NCBI GenBank assembly: GCA_934162665.1
Contig: CAKPJN010000004.1
Coordinates: 1,226-65,225, forward strand
Source: an uncultured Bacilli bacterium
GTDB lineage: Bacteria > Bacillota_I > Bacilli_A > RF39 > UBA660
Reading direction: 5' to 3'
DNA: 64,000 bases
This document shows positions 27,777 to 37,378 of the stretch, in pieces. A program made the translations under genes and the position numbers. The notes under the pieces were generated by a model. It was given only the letters and a program-made list of their open reading frames with translations. It searched no databases and had not been told where the DNA came from. The stretch's first letter is position 1. Every line of letters starts with the position of its first letter.

Positions 27777-29008
27777 TTTTTTATTCTCCTTATTTTATGA
27801 ATTACTTTAAATAAATTATAATGCCAAGTAATAGGTAGTTCATATTCTCCTATTAATTCTTCTACATATCCATTAAAACCTCTTTTAAATTCATATATAC
27901 CATAATCAGCAGGTTTTTCATTTATGTTTGCTGGTATTCCATAGAAATTATGTTTTTTAAAGTTATTCTTTATACCATATTTTATCATTTCCCATTGAAG
28001 TAAATATTGAGAATTAAACTTCATATATTGTTCATAATTACCACTAGATAAATAAATAATCTCAGGTTGTATCATAATAAACATTGAACCAGATAAGGTA
28101 ATAATTTCTTTATTCGTATCTTTCATTATTTTATTTGAGTCATTAATTCTTTTATCTAGAGAGTCTATTTCATTAACTAAATTCTTTTTTTCACCTTCAT
28201 TATATTTTTTTGTACCTAAACTCTCTAATTTTTCAAGTTTTTCTTTTTTCTCTTGTTCTAACTTTTTGGTATACTTTTTTAGATTTAGTTCTGTTATATA
28301 ATATTTAATTTCATTTTTATCATAGAACAATTTATACATTTCTTGGAAATATTTTAATTTTCTAATAGAAAAGTTTTTTCTTGCTCCTGTTTCAATCATA
28401 ATATCTTCAAATTTATTTAATTCATCATAAGAAAGTTCTTTAATTTCAATACCTATCTTCTCTGCTTTTCTGATTGTATTTCTAGTATTAGGTTTCATTC
28501 CTTTTAAAATCTCTTGTTCTGTTTTATTTTCAAGTCCTAATGAGAACATCCATCCTACTTGTTCCATATCTTTAGTATCTACTTTTTTAAAGCCTATACT
28601 TTTTAATTCATTAACAATCGATGTATTATCTACTCCGTCTTTTACTATGTTTCCATCTATATCTCGCTCTTTATTAATTACATATGGATCAATTCTTAAT
28701 ATATATCCATCTTTTGTTCTAATATAATTTTTTATTTCTTTTACAAAAGTTTCTAGAAGTTTTTTATCATTGTAATCAATAAGTAATCCTCTAGGTGAAT
28801 AAAATTCATATTTAGATAGCTTTCTTTTTTTACTTACTAACATTGCGGCAGCTACTATTTTTTTATCTTCTTTAAGACCTACAAAGTATTTATTCCATCC
28901 TTCTTTTTCTCTTAATTTGCCAATTTCAGGTGATGATAAAAAAGTTTTTTGAGGATGATTTTCCCAAAAACTTTGATATTCATTTTCTTTTAACTCTACA
29001 AATTTCAT
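27773..29008 (-). CDS. FemAB-family peptidoglycan interpeptide-bridge aminoacyltransferase
   Basis: MKFVELKENEYQSF.. N-terminus, a central coiled-coil insert, and QWEMIKYGIKNNFKKHNFYGI. This closely resembles S. aureus FemA/FemB as I recall them. Confidence 0.8.
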   Translation of the reverse strand: MKFVELKENEYQSFWENHPQKTFLSSPEIGKLREKEGWNKYFVGLKEDKKIVAAAMLVSKKRKLSKYEFYSPRGLLIDYNDKKLLETFVKEIKNYIRTKDGYILRIDPYVINKERDIDGNIVKDGVDNTSIVNELKSIGFKKVDTKDMEQVGWMFSLGLENKTEQEILKGMKPNTRNTIRKAEKIGIEIKELSYDELNKFEDIMIETGARKNFSIRKLKYFQEMYKLFYDKNEIKYYITELNLKKYTKKLEQEKKEKLEKLESLGTKKYNEGEKKNLVNEIDSLDKRINDSNKIMKDTNKEIITLSGSMFIMIQPEIIYLSSGNYEQYMKFNSQYLLQWEMIKYGIKNNFKKHNFYGIPANINEKPADYGIYEFKRGFNGYVEELIGEYELPITWHYNLFKVIHKIRRIKK

Positions 29009-29032
29009 AGTATCGCCTCTTTCTTGTTTTAT

Positions 29033-29743
29033 TTATATTATTTCTAATTCTTCTTCTTCTGCTTTTTTTGGTTTAGTTTTATTTAATTTCTCTTTTTTAG
29101 GTCCTTTATGAAATATAGTCAATACAAATAATACAATTACTATTACTATTATTAACATTATAGAAAATAATATATAATTAAAATCATCTTTTTTAGGTAT
29201 CGTTGTATCTAGATAACTATTTGTTAAATAATTTTCAAAATTTTTGTCTGTTACTTCTATTTCATTTTCGGCAGGAACAAATTTTTTAATGTTTTTTATT
29301 GCTAATTCTTTTAAATTATTATCAATCAATACTGGATATCCATATACTTTAATTTGTTTAGGTTCAACACTTGTTCTTTCATATGTATAATCAATAATAT
29401 TTTTATATTTATTATAGTCATCTTCTGCAATAGCAATTAAATATGTATGCCAAACACCTGTCTTTTCAGTTTCTATTACAAAATGATAACTTTTTCCAGT
29501 TTTTGAGTCATAGGCAAATTTTTCTGACATTTTAGAAATATACATATAGGAATATTGATTAGAATTTTCTACATCTGACCAATTAATTTCTTCATTTTCT
29601 ACTTTATATAATTTATAGGCACATAATATTAAAAGTGTTATTACTATTAAATAAATTATTGATAAAATTAATTTTAGTACAACTTTTTTCTCATTAGAAT
29701 TAGTATTGTTTTTTTTGGGTTTAGTTTTCTTTTTATTAGTCAT
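29033..29743 (-). CDS. hypothetical two-TM membrane protein
   Basis: Lys-rich N-terminus, a TM helix, a domain of about 150 aa, a second TM helix and a Lys/Glu tail. Confidence 0.45.
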   Translation of the reverse strand: MTNKKKTKPKKNNTNSNEKKVVLKLILSIIYLIVITLLILCAYKLYKVENEEINWSDVENSNQYSYMYISKMSEKFAYDSKTGKSYHFVIETEKTGVWHTYLIAIAEDDYNKYKNIIDYTYERTSVEPKQIKVYGYPVLIDNNLKELAIKNIKKFVPAENEIEVTDKNFENYLTNSYLDTTIPKKDDFNYILFSIMLIIVIVIVLFVLTIFHKGPKKEKLNKTKPKKAEEEELEII

Positions 29744-29790
29744 ATAATTACCTCTTTTATTCCTATTATAATAATAGCATATTTATTAAA

Positions 29791-29819
29791 AAGAAAAAAG
29801 AGTTAATAAATAAACTCTT
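29791..29819 (-). terminator. intrinsic terminator after nrdG
   Basis: AAGAGTT / AACTCTT, a 7-bp stem, followed on the minus strand by TTTTTTCTTTTT. Confidence 0.5.
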
Positions 29820-29890
29820 TAAAGTTACACTATTTATCTAATATCTTAATATTTAAAAGTAAAATGTCTTGATTATAAATTTAGTATCTT

Positions 29891-30442
29891 TTAGATAAAC
29901 ATATATTCTGGTTTTTTATAAGTACTAGTATAATCCTTATCTTCCTTATATTTTTCTACTAGAACAACCCTGTTTTCTTCTAAACTTTTAGGAACATCAA
30001 TAATTCTTTGATTTCTTGAACCTTTGAAATACAAATCATAACTTTTTTCTTCTAAAACGAATTTTCCATCTACTAAAACGTCAATATTTTCTAATAGTTT
30101 TTTTTGTTTTGGATTCATGATCATTTTCTCAAAAGTATAACCTGTATAGCACCATACATTAAGACCTAATTCATGAGCTTTTTCAGAGATTAAAGTACAT
30201 GCTTCACTCTGACATACTGGATCTCCTCCTGATAAAGTAATACCATCTTGACCTTTTAATTCTTCTAACTCATCAAGAACGTAATCTACATCAACTAAAG
30301 TACCAGCATTAAAATCATGAGTAGTTGGATTATGGCATCCTTTACAATTATGTGGACATCCTTGAGTCCATATTACTGTACGAATGCCTTCCCCATCTAC
30401 TATTGAATCGGTTTGTAAATCTGCCGCTAATCTAATTTTCAC
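29891..30442 (-). CDS. nrdG: anaerobic ribonucleotide reductase activating protein (radical SAM), module 2
   Basis: GCPHNCKGCHNP (CxxxCxxC) and GITLSGGDP. The GTG start overlaps the small ORF's stop. Confidence 0.85.
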   Translation of the reverse strand: MKIRLAADLQTDSIVDGEGIRTVIWTQGCPHNCKGCHNPTTHDFNAGTLVDVDYVLDELEELKGQDGITLSGGDPVCQSEACTLISEKAHELGLNVWCYTGYTFEKMIMNPKQKKLLENIDVLVDGKFVLEEKSYDLYFKGSRNQRIIDVPKSLEENRVVLVEKYKEDKDYTSTYKKPEYMFI

Positions 30443-30608
30443 AAGTCTTTACTTCTTTTTTATTTAAATTATTTAGTCCGCTATGTTTTACTCTATCGCG
30501 TTCTTCAGCTCTTTTTCCATTATTGAATCTTGATACATCTCCTGCTAGATAACCAGTTACTCTCCTTATTCTTTCAAATCCTTGTCCTTCTCCTATTATT
30601 TTTTCCAT
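30432..30608 (-). CDS. stand-alone glycyl-radical domain peptide (58 aa) of class III RNR
   Basis: Not in the ORF track (under 60 aa). ATG 30608 lies 7 nt after GGAGGAA. The product is MEKIIGEGQGFERIRRVTGYLAGDVSRFNNGKRAEERDRVKHSG... RVTGYL plus NxGKxxExxxRVKH matches the C-terminal Gly-radical segment of NrdD (E. coli RRVCGYLG..FNAGKQEEVKRRVKH, from memory). Confidence 0.7.
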   Translation of the reverse strand: MEKIIGEGQGFERIRRVTGYLAGDVSRFNNGKRAEERDRVKHSGLNNLNKKEVKTCEN

Positions 30609-30640
30609 AAAATTTCCTCCTTTTTTATTTTATATTTAAA

Positions 30641-32962
30641 TTATTCACAACATTTAGTGTCAATTGAAGTAATTCTTTCTATTGGAACTCCTTCGAATTC
30701 CTTACGTCCGCATCTAGGACATACATCATTAATAACTCCTACATATCCACATACTGGATCTCTATCTACAGGGTGGTTAACAGCTCCATAACCAATACCT
30801 GCTTCTTTCATTGTTCTAATTACACTTTCGAATGCATCAACGTTAGATGCTGCATCTCCGTCAAGTTCGATATATGAAATATGGCCTCCATTAGTTAATG
30901 CATGATATGGTGCTTCAGTATATAATTTATCAGAAATACTGATATGATAATATACTGGTACATGGAATGAGTTTGTATAATATTCACGATCTGTTACACC
31001 TTTAATTTTTCCATATATAGCTTTATCAATTGCGATAAATCTTCCAGATAGTCCTTCCGCTGGAGTTGCAAGACATGTAAAGTTTAGATTATATTTTTTA
31101 GAATTATCATCACATCTTTTTCTCATAAATTTAATAATTTCTAATCCTAATTTTTGACTTTCTTCACTTTCTCCATGATGTTTTCCTGTTAAAGCTTTTA
31201 AACACTCTGCAAGTCCAATAAATCCAGTTGATAAGGAACCATGTTTCCATACTTTTCTAAGTCTATCTGTAGGTTTTAGTTTTTCACCGTTTGTCCAAAC
31301 TCCTTGTCCTAATAGAAATGGGAAGTTATAACAATGTTTACTGCATTGAACTTCGAATCTTTCTAGTAATTGGTCACGAACCATATCCATAGTTTCTCCA
31401 AGTTCTTTATAAAAACCTTTCATATCTGCTTTATCACGTTCTTTTAAAGCTATACCATATTTAATACCAAGTCTTGGCAAGTTAATTGTTGTGAATGAAA
31501 GATTACCACGTCCAGTAACTATTTCATTATCAGGTGCAGTTACATCTCCTATAACTCTTGTACGACATCCCATATAAGATATTTCAGTATTAGGGTCTCC
31601 TGCTTTATAATAAGGTATATTATGTGGAGCATCTATAAATGAGAAGTTAGGGAAAAGTCTTTTTGCAGATACTTTACAAGCAAGTCTAAATAAATCATAG
31701 TTAGGATCTTCTTTGTTATAATTTACTCCTTCTTTTACTTTAAATATTGATACTGGGAATATTGGAGTTTCTCCTTTTCCTAATCCCCTATCTGCTGATA
31801 GTAAGAAGTTTTTAATAACCATTCTTCCTTCTGGTGATGTATCAGTTCCAAAGTTTACCGATGAAAACGGTACTTGAGCTCCAGCTCTTGAATGCATTGT
31901 ATTTAGATTATGAATGAATGCTTCCATAGCTTGTTGTGTTGCTCTATCTGTTTTTTGTAGTGCTTTTTCATAAGATTTAGTAAATATTTCTTTAATTCTA
32001 TCAGAACCTTTTTGATAGTCACTAAATTCTTCTATGTTTATTTCAATAGAATCAACTTTATCTATTTCACGAATAATACGGTCAATATTAACTACAGGAA
32101 TGAAACCGTCTAAATCTAGAAAATCATAAATTGTTTGTTTGAATTGTTTTCTAAATGTTTTAAGTACTCCAGGCGCTAGGTAATAATCAAGTGCTGGAAT
32201 TGATTGTCCTCCGTGTTGATCATTTTGGTTAGCTTGAATAACAATTGCTGCTAATGAACTATAAGTTGAAATATCTTGTGGAGGTCTTACATATCCATGT
32301 CCTGTATCAAATCCATTTTTGAAAAGTCTTGATAAGTCTATTTGGCAACAAGTTGTAGTTCCCATTGCTAAGAAGTCCATATCATGAATATGAATTGTTC
32401 CATTATCATGAGCCATGGCATATTCTTTTTTCATTAAATAAGCTTTAGCAAATTCTTTGGAAACTGTTGCTCCATATTGTAACATTGTTCCCATTGGACT
32501 ATTTCCATCAATATTAGCATTTTCTCTTTTTGCATCTTCTTCATTAGCTGATTTTAATCCTAAATTTTCAAGTGATTTTAAAAATTTATGAGTTTTATTA
32601 TCTCCAAAGAATGATTCCCTTGATTGATTTCTTCTATCTCTATATTCAGAGAATGATTGATATACATCTGCATATCCTTTACTATTAAGTTCTTCTTCAA
32701 TATAATCTTGAATTTCTTCTATTTTAAATTTATTATTTTTTAAAGTTGCTTCCTTTTCTATTTTCTTTAAAACTGATTGATATACTTTTTGAATATCTTT
32801 AGAATTATATTTACGTTCTTTTTCTTCTTCATCATCAGTTGGTTCTACACTGTCGAATCCTTTTTTTATGGCTAAAGCTATTTTTGTTGCATCAAAATCA
32901 ACTTTTTTTCCATTTCTTTTTATAACTGTTAAATTATCTAAACCTTCTACTACATCTACCAT
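30641..32962 (-). CDS. nrdD: anaerobic ribonucleoside-triphosphate reductase large protein lacking its own glycyl-radical tail, module 2
   Basis: ATP-cone N-terminus (VIKRNGKKVDFDATKIALAI), a thiyl-loop motif (YMGCRTRV) and a Zn-ribbon (VCGYVG..CPRCG). It stops at ..PIERITSIDTKCCE, just where RxxGY is expected. Confidence 0.8.
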   Translation of the reverse strand: MVDVVEGLDNLTVIKRNGKKVDFDATKIALAIKKGFDSVEPTDDEEEKERKYNSKDIQKVYQSVLKKIEKEATLKNNKFKIEEIQDYIEEELNSKGYADVYQSFSEYRDRRNQSRESFFGDNKTHKFLKSLENLGLKSANEEDAKRENANIDGNSPMGTMLQYGATVSKEFAKAYLMKKEYAMAHDNGTIHIHDMDFLAMGTTTCCQIDLSRLFKNGFDTGHGYVRPPQDISTYSSLAAIVIQANQNDQHGGQSIPALDYYLAPGVLKTFRKQFKQTIYDFLDLDGFIPVVNIDRIIREIDKVDSIEINIEEFSDYQKGSDRIKEIFTKSYEKALQKTDRATQQAMEAFIHNLNTMHSRAGAQVPFSSVNFGTDTSPEGRMVIKNFLLSADRGLGKGETPIFPVSIFKVKEGVNYNKEDPNYDLFRLACKVSAKRLFPNFSFIDAPHNIPYYKAGDPNTEISYMGCRTRVIGDVTAPDNEIVTGRGNLSFTTINLPRLGIKYGIALKERDKADMKGFYKELGETMDMVRDQLLERFEVQCSKHCYNFPFLLGQGVWTNGEKLKPTDRLRKVWKHGSLSTGFIGLAECLKALTGKHHGESEESQKLGLEIIKFMRKRCDDNSKKYNLNFTCLATPAEGLSGRFIAIDKAIYGKIKGVTDREYYTNSFHVPVYYHISISDKLYTEAPYHALTNGGHISYIELDGDAASNVDAFESVIRTMKEAGIGYGAVNHPVDRDPVCGYVGVINDVCPRCGRKEFEGVPIERITSIDTKCCE

Positions 32963-33222
32963 AATGTTACCTCCATTTTTTAACTTTCTAAATTCATTTT
33001 AAGTCTTAAAATATCAAAAAGCAATACATATTATTATCCTTTTTTTACCTCTTTTTTTCTTTTTGTTGATACATAAGGAAATATGTCAAAAATGTTTTTT
33101 GTTCGATTTACGACAATTGACAAAATTATACAAAATACAAAAAGTTTTTTTGCTTGTTTTTTATTTTTTTAATTTATATTTTTACTTTTTTCTTTATTTT
33201 TCAACAAATCAAAATATTTTTT

Positions 33223-33258
33223 TAAATAAAAAAAATCATTTTTTTGAAAAATGATTTT
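33223..33258 (-). terminator. putative terminator after dut (AT-rich stem)
   Basis: AAAATCATTTTT / AAAAATGATTTT, a 12-bp stem, followed on the minus strand by TTTTTTTT. Confidence 0.4.
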
Positions 33259-33277
33259 TAGTATTTTTTAATTTTTT

Positions 33278-33736
33278 CTATTTTTTATCAGTACTTCCAA
33301 ATCCTCCAGTACGCATTCCTGTTGCTTGATCATTATCAACTGTTAGGTATTTTTGGAATACAACTTGTCCTATAACATCACCTTTTTTTACTTCAATATC
33401 ATGATCACTACAATTGAAGTAAGCGAAGTAAAAATGTCCATCATTATCTGGATTACCATAATAATCAGAATCAATAAGTCCAACACTATTTGCCATTAAG
33501 AATCCTTTTTTAGGTCCACTACTTCTATTTAATAATAAATAGCATTCATCTTCCATACAATAAGCCTTTAGACCAGTTGGGATTAAAGTTGGTTTTATTC
33601 CTGGTTTATACATCGGGATTATGATATCTTCCGCTGCTTCTACATCATATCCTGCTGAATGAGCAGTTTTTCTAACTGGTAAATTAATACCTTTATCCTC
33701 ATATCCTTTTGCTATTTCAAATCCTCTTTGTTTCAT
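33278..33736 (-). CDS. dut: dUTP diphosphatase
   Basis: SAGYDV, GLIDSDYYG and RTGGFGSTDKK motifs. Confidence 0.8.
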   Translation of the reverse strand: MKQRGFEIAKGYEDKGINLPVRKTAHSAGYDVEAAEDIIIPMYKPGIKPTLIPTGLKAYCMEDECYLLLNRSSGPKKGFLMANSVGLIDSDYYGNPDNDGHFYFAYFNCSDHDIEVKKGDVIGQVVFQKYLTVDNDQATGMRTGGFGSTDKK

Positions 33737-34281
33737 TAATTACACACTCCTTCTAAAACTTTATCATTATCTATATATAAAACCTTTTTATTACTTTTTA
33801 AACTTTTTCTTACGTCAATAATTCTTTGATTACTACTACCTACATAATGAAGTTTCTCATTTGCAAGGCGTAAGATGAATTTTCCATCTAGTAATACATC
33901 AATATTATTTAAGATTGAATCTAGATTTTCATCAGACTTTTTTTGTTCTAATAATTCATCCCAGGTATAACCTGTATAACACCAAATTGTCTTATTAGGA
34001 TACTTTTTTCTTACTTCTAAGACAAGATTCTTTATATCTATTCTATTATCTAATAAAAGGGGGTCTCCTCCAGATAGTGTAAGACCACTACACCAATCAT
34101 GTTCAAGTTCATCGAAAATCTCTTGTTTAGCACTATCATCGAAAACAAGTCCATCATTTTTATTCCAGGTGATTGCATTTTGACAAGCATTACAATGATG
34201 GGCGCAACCACTTACCCATAACACCGTTCTTAATCCTTCGCCATTTAACATATCCGCTTTTGTTATATTATGATATTTCAT
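33736..34281 (-). CDS. nrdG: anaerobic ribonucleotide reductase activating protein, module 1
   Basis: GCAHHCNACQN and GLTLSGGDP. Confidence 0.85.
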   Translation of the reverse strand: MKYHNITKADMLNGEGLRTVLWVSGCAHHCNACQNAITWNKNDGLVFDDSAKQEIFDELEHDWCSGLTLSGGDPLLLDNRIDIKNLVLEVRKKYPNKTIWCYTGYTWDELLEQKKSDENLDSILNNIDVLLDGKFILRLANEKLHYVGSSNQRIIDVRKSLKSNKKVLYIDNDKVLEGVCN

Positions 34282-34290
34282 ATTAATTAC

Positions 34291-36423
34291 CTACATAGAC
34301 TTTCTTTCTGATATTTCTACCATTTTAGCATTTCCTAACATTGTATCTCCATGAACTCTAGAATAAGACAAATAACCATTCATTCTATCGATCTTTGTAA
34401 GATCACTGCTTCCACACTTTGGGCAAACATCCATTTCTAATTCTTCATGACCGCAATTGTTACAATAAGCAAGTGATAAATTGACACCTTCATAGAATCC
34501 CATATCCATGGCTCTTTCAATATAAGTAAGCATGGCTTCAGTATTATAATTTAAGTTATATCTTACATATTGAATTCTTCCACCTTTAGATAATTCCCAA
34601 AATCTATGTTCTAAGTTTTGTTTTTGAATTCCATTAATATCTTCCCATACTCCACAATGGAAACTATTTGATACATATTCCCTAGAACTTACGCCCTCTA
34701 TAATTCCATATTTTTTTCTAAATTGTTTTATTTGAAGTCCGCATAAACTTTCTGCTGGAGTTCCATAAATAGCGTATAAGATATTATCCTCTTTTTTAAA
34801 CTCTAATGTCTTTTCATTAATATATTTTAAAACCTCTAATGCAAAAGTTCCATCTTCTACAATACTTTTTCCATTGTATAATTCTTGTAGTTCATTTAAG
34901 GCTGTTATTCCAAAAGACGCTGTTGAGGATTTTAATACTGGTTCAATGGAATCAGTTGGTTTTAAGTTTCCTCCATAGAATCCACCTTGACAATAAGCAA
35001 GTGGATTGGTTGATGCTTTTCTTTTAGCAAGATATCTATACGTTCTAATATGAATTTTTCTAATCATTTCTAGATAGTAATCTAGAACATCATAAAAATC
35101 TTTTTGTTCTTCTTTAGCTTTAGCTAAAATCATTGGTAAGTGAAGCGATATTGCTCCTATATTGAATCTTCCAATGAAAACTGGTTTATCTTTATCATTT
35201 GCAGGCTCCATACCACCTTTTTCATACCATGGAGATAAAAAGGCACGGCATCCCATTGGACTAACAATTCTTTTATATTTCTTATACATTTCAGGAACAT
35301 ATCCTTCTCCTGTTAATGATAAATAATCAGGATACATTGTTTTTTTACTACATTCAATAGCAGATAAGAAACTATCTCTTAGAGCGCCATCTTTTCCATG
35401 TAAATTTTTATCATATAAAAATACAAGTTTTGGAAATAATGTTGGTCTTTTATAGCCTTTTTTACCTTGGCCTTCTTTATGAACATCTAAAATAGTTTTT
35501 GTAATCATTCTAGCAAATGGATCTTCATCAACTCCGAATGTAAAGGTAACAAACGGATAGTCTCCTCTACTAGATGATACTGTATTTAATTTATACTCAA
35601 TTCCTTGATATCCTTGTTCACATTCTCTTTGTGTCTTTTCTAAGGCATATTTATCTGCTTCTTCACAATATTTTTTTCCTTTAATATCTAAATATTCTTT
35701 ATAATATTTATCATAACTTTTTTTGGCATATTTTTTTAAGACTGTATCTACTTCTGCTACTGTAAAACCACCATATTGCATAGCGGTAGTATTTATAATT
35801 ACATCTCCCATAACACAAAATGCAGTTTGTAACGTTTTAGGTTCTGTATACCAAATATTACTCATTTCAAAGCCATCTTTTAAAACATTTGCCATATCAA
35901 ATAGGCAACAATTCATAGTATCTCGTCTTGCTGACATATCATGAATATAAATATATCCGTCTTTACAAGCTTCTATTTCATCTGTTGTTAAAAAGAATTT
36001 TTTATATAACTCTTTATTTAAACTATTATATATTAGACATCGTTGGGTAGTTACTAGGGCACTATCCATATTTGCACAGTCTTTATCTCCTATATAAGTA
36101 ATAACTTGTGACTTTTTATATACTTCATCTAAAATGTGAACAATATCTTTTTTATAATCTCTATATTCACGATAACTTTTAGCTACTAGTGGATTTACTT
36201 TTTCTAAGGCTACTTCTACACAACTATGAACTTGTTCAATGGTTGGATTAGTTGTTTGAGTTCTTAACAGTTTTTCTACTATAGAAACAACTTCATCTTT
36301 TGCTTCTTCTGTTAAAGTAACCATTACTCGTTCTGCACTAGTATCAATTGCTCTTTTTATTTTATCTGGATTAAACTTTTCTTGATATCCATTAGTTTTT
36401 ACAATTATTATATCTTTACCCAT
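34291..36423 (-). CDS. nrdD: anaerobic ribonucleoside-triphosphate reductase (intact, with glycyl-radical tail), module 1
   Basis: ATP-cone (IIVKTNGYQEKFNPDKIKRAI), PMGCRAFL, a Zn-ribbon CNNCG..CPKCG, then IDRMNGYLS (RxxGY). Confidence 0.85.
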   Translation of the reverse strand: MGKDIIIVKTNGYQEKFNPDKIKRAIDTSAERVMVTLTEEAKDEVVSIVEKLLRTQTTNPTIEQVHSCVEVALEKVNPLVAKSYREYRDYKKDIVHILDEVYKKSQVITYIGDKDCANMDSALVTTQRCLIYNSLNKELYKKFFLTTDEIEACKDGYIYIHDMSARRDTMNCCLFDMANVLKDGFEMSNIWYTEPKTLQTAFCVMGDVIINTTAMQYGGFTVAEVDTVLKKYAKKSYDKYYKEYLDIKGKKYCEEADKYALEKTQRECEQGYQGIEYKLNTVSSSRGDYPFVTFTFGVDEDPFARMITKTILDVHKEGQGKKGYKRPTLFPKLVFLYDKNLHGKDGALRDSFLSAIECSKKTMYPDYLSLTGEGYVPEMYKKYKRIVSPMGCRAFLSPWYEKGGMEPANDKDKPVFIGRFNIGAISLHLPMILAKAKEEQKDFYDVLDYYLEMIRKIHIRTYRYLAKRKASTNPLAYCQGGFYGGNLKPTDSIEPVLKSSTASFGITALNELQELYNGKSIVEDGTFALEVLKYINEKTLEFKKEDNILYAIYGTPAESLCGLQIKQFRKKYGIIEGVSSREYVSNSFHCGVWEDINGIQKQNLEHRFWELSKGGRIQYVRYNLNYNTEAMLTYIERAMDMGFYEGVNLSLAYCNNCGHEELEMDVCPKCGSSDLTKIDRMNGYLSYSRVHGDTMLGNAKMVEISERKSM

Positions 36424-36454
36424 ACTACACCTCGTATCTTATATTAATAAATTC

Positions 36455-36463
36455 ATTGTACCA
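36455..36463 (-). promoter_or_regulatory. extended -10 (TGgTACAAT) of the nrdD module-1 promoter
   Basis: Minus strand reads TGGTACAAT, with no good -35. The palindrome centre lies exactly 41.5 bp upstream of the inferred +1. Confidence 0.45.
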
Positions 36464-36481
36464 AATTATTATTTTTTATCA

Positions 36482-36497
36482 TGTTGCATTTGCAACA
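36482..36497. promoter_or_regulatory. perfect palindrome TGTTG-N6-CAACA (Crp/Fnr-type site geometry)
   Basis: TGTTGCATTTGCAACA. It lies between the divergent nrdD and Crp/Fnr-family genes. Confidence 0.5.
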
Positions 36498-36518
36498 ATA
36501 ATATAAAATTGTTATAAT
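36490..36518 (+). promoter_or_regulatory. sigma-A promoter of the Crp/Fnr-family regulator gene
   Basis: TTGCAA, 17 nt, then TATAAT with TGt extended -10. The -35 overlaps the palindrome. Confidence 0.55.
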
Positions 36519-36540
36519 ATGATTAGAGGATGTGACTTAA

Positions 36541-37170
36541 ATGGTTGGTATTAAAGAGAATGAAGAAATTAAAAATTTAAAATTAAATTTGTCAAAGTGT
36601 GTAAATAGTTATGAACAGAGTTTTAAAAATAAAGAATTAATTATTAGTAATTGGCATCATAAGAAACAATTAGGTTTTATTGTTAATGGGGCTGCGAATA
36701 TTGTTAAGACTGATATTAATGGTAATCAAACTATTATTAAAGAATTAAAAGAAAATGATATTTTTTCGTATCAATTTTTCACAACTTTTGAAGATGAATT
36801 TTATATTATAAGTTCAGATAATACAAATGTTATTTTTATTGACTATTATAATTTGTTGAAAAATTGTTCTAAGAGTTGTCCTTTTCATAATACCCTTGTG
36901 CTTAACTTATTTGAACTACTGGTAAATGAGGCTCGTGAGTTAAATGAAAAGTTAGAACTTTTATCACAAAAGACTGTTAGAGATAAGGTTTTATTTTTTA
37001 TCAAGAAAAGAATGAATGAAAATAATATTTTTACCGTAACCACTTCTTATAAAGCAATTAGTCAGTATTTATTTGTTGACAGAAGTAATTTAATGAGAGA
37101 ATTAAATAAAATGGAAGAAGAAAAAATCATAAAAAAAGAAGGTAGAATTATTTACATTCTGAATGATTAA
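36541..37170 (+). CDS. Crp/Fnr-family transcriptional regulator
   Basis: N-terminal cNMP-binding-like beta-roll and a C-terminal HTH (ISQYLFVDRSNLMRELNKMEEEKII). A CSKSC pair lies between the domains. Confidence 0.65.
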   Translation: MVGIKENEEIKNLKLNLSKCVNSYEQSFKNKELIISNWHHKKQLGFIVNGAANIVKTDINGNQTIIKELKENDIFSYQFFTTFEDEFYIISSDNTNVIFIDYYNLLKNCSKSCPFHNTLVLNLFELLVNEARELNEKLELLSQKTVRDKVLFFIKKRMNENNIFTVTTSYKAISQYLFVDRSNLMRELNKMEEEKIIKKEGRIIYILND

Positions 37171-37333
37171 TTATAATATTTACATTATAATGTACTTTTT
37201 AACGTACGTCATAATTTTAATTCTTTATCTTCTAAATAGTCTTTTTGTTAAACTAAGTTGTTTTTCTCTATCAATAATATAATCATCATTATCATCGATT
37301 AATTCATCCATATAAGGAATTTCTGTTGACATT

Positions 37334-37372
37334 AAAAAAAATCAAGTTTGACATCTTTATGTCTAACCTGAT
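37334..37372 (-). terminator. intrinsic terminator after tex
   Basis: 14-bp stem with 2 mismatches (ATCAGGTTAGACAT / ATGTCAAACTTGAT on the minus strand), followed by TTTTTTT. Confidence 0.5.
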
Positions 37373-37378
37373 TTTCTT

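Noticed and set aside
33120-33230. Extremely T-rich tract between the two nrd units, considered as a possible repeat or regulatory element.
   Set aside because: It has no periodic repeat unit or palindrome beyond the dut terminator. It is most simply AT-rich spacer or curved promoter-upstream DNA.
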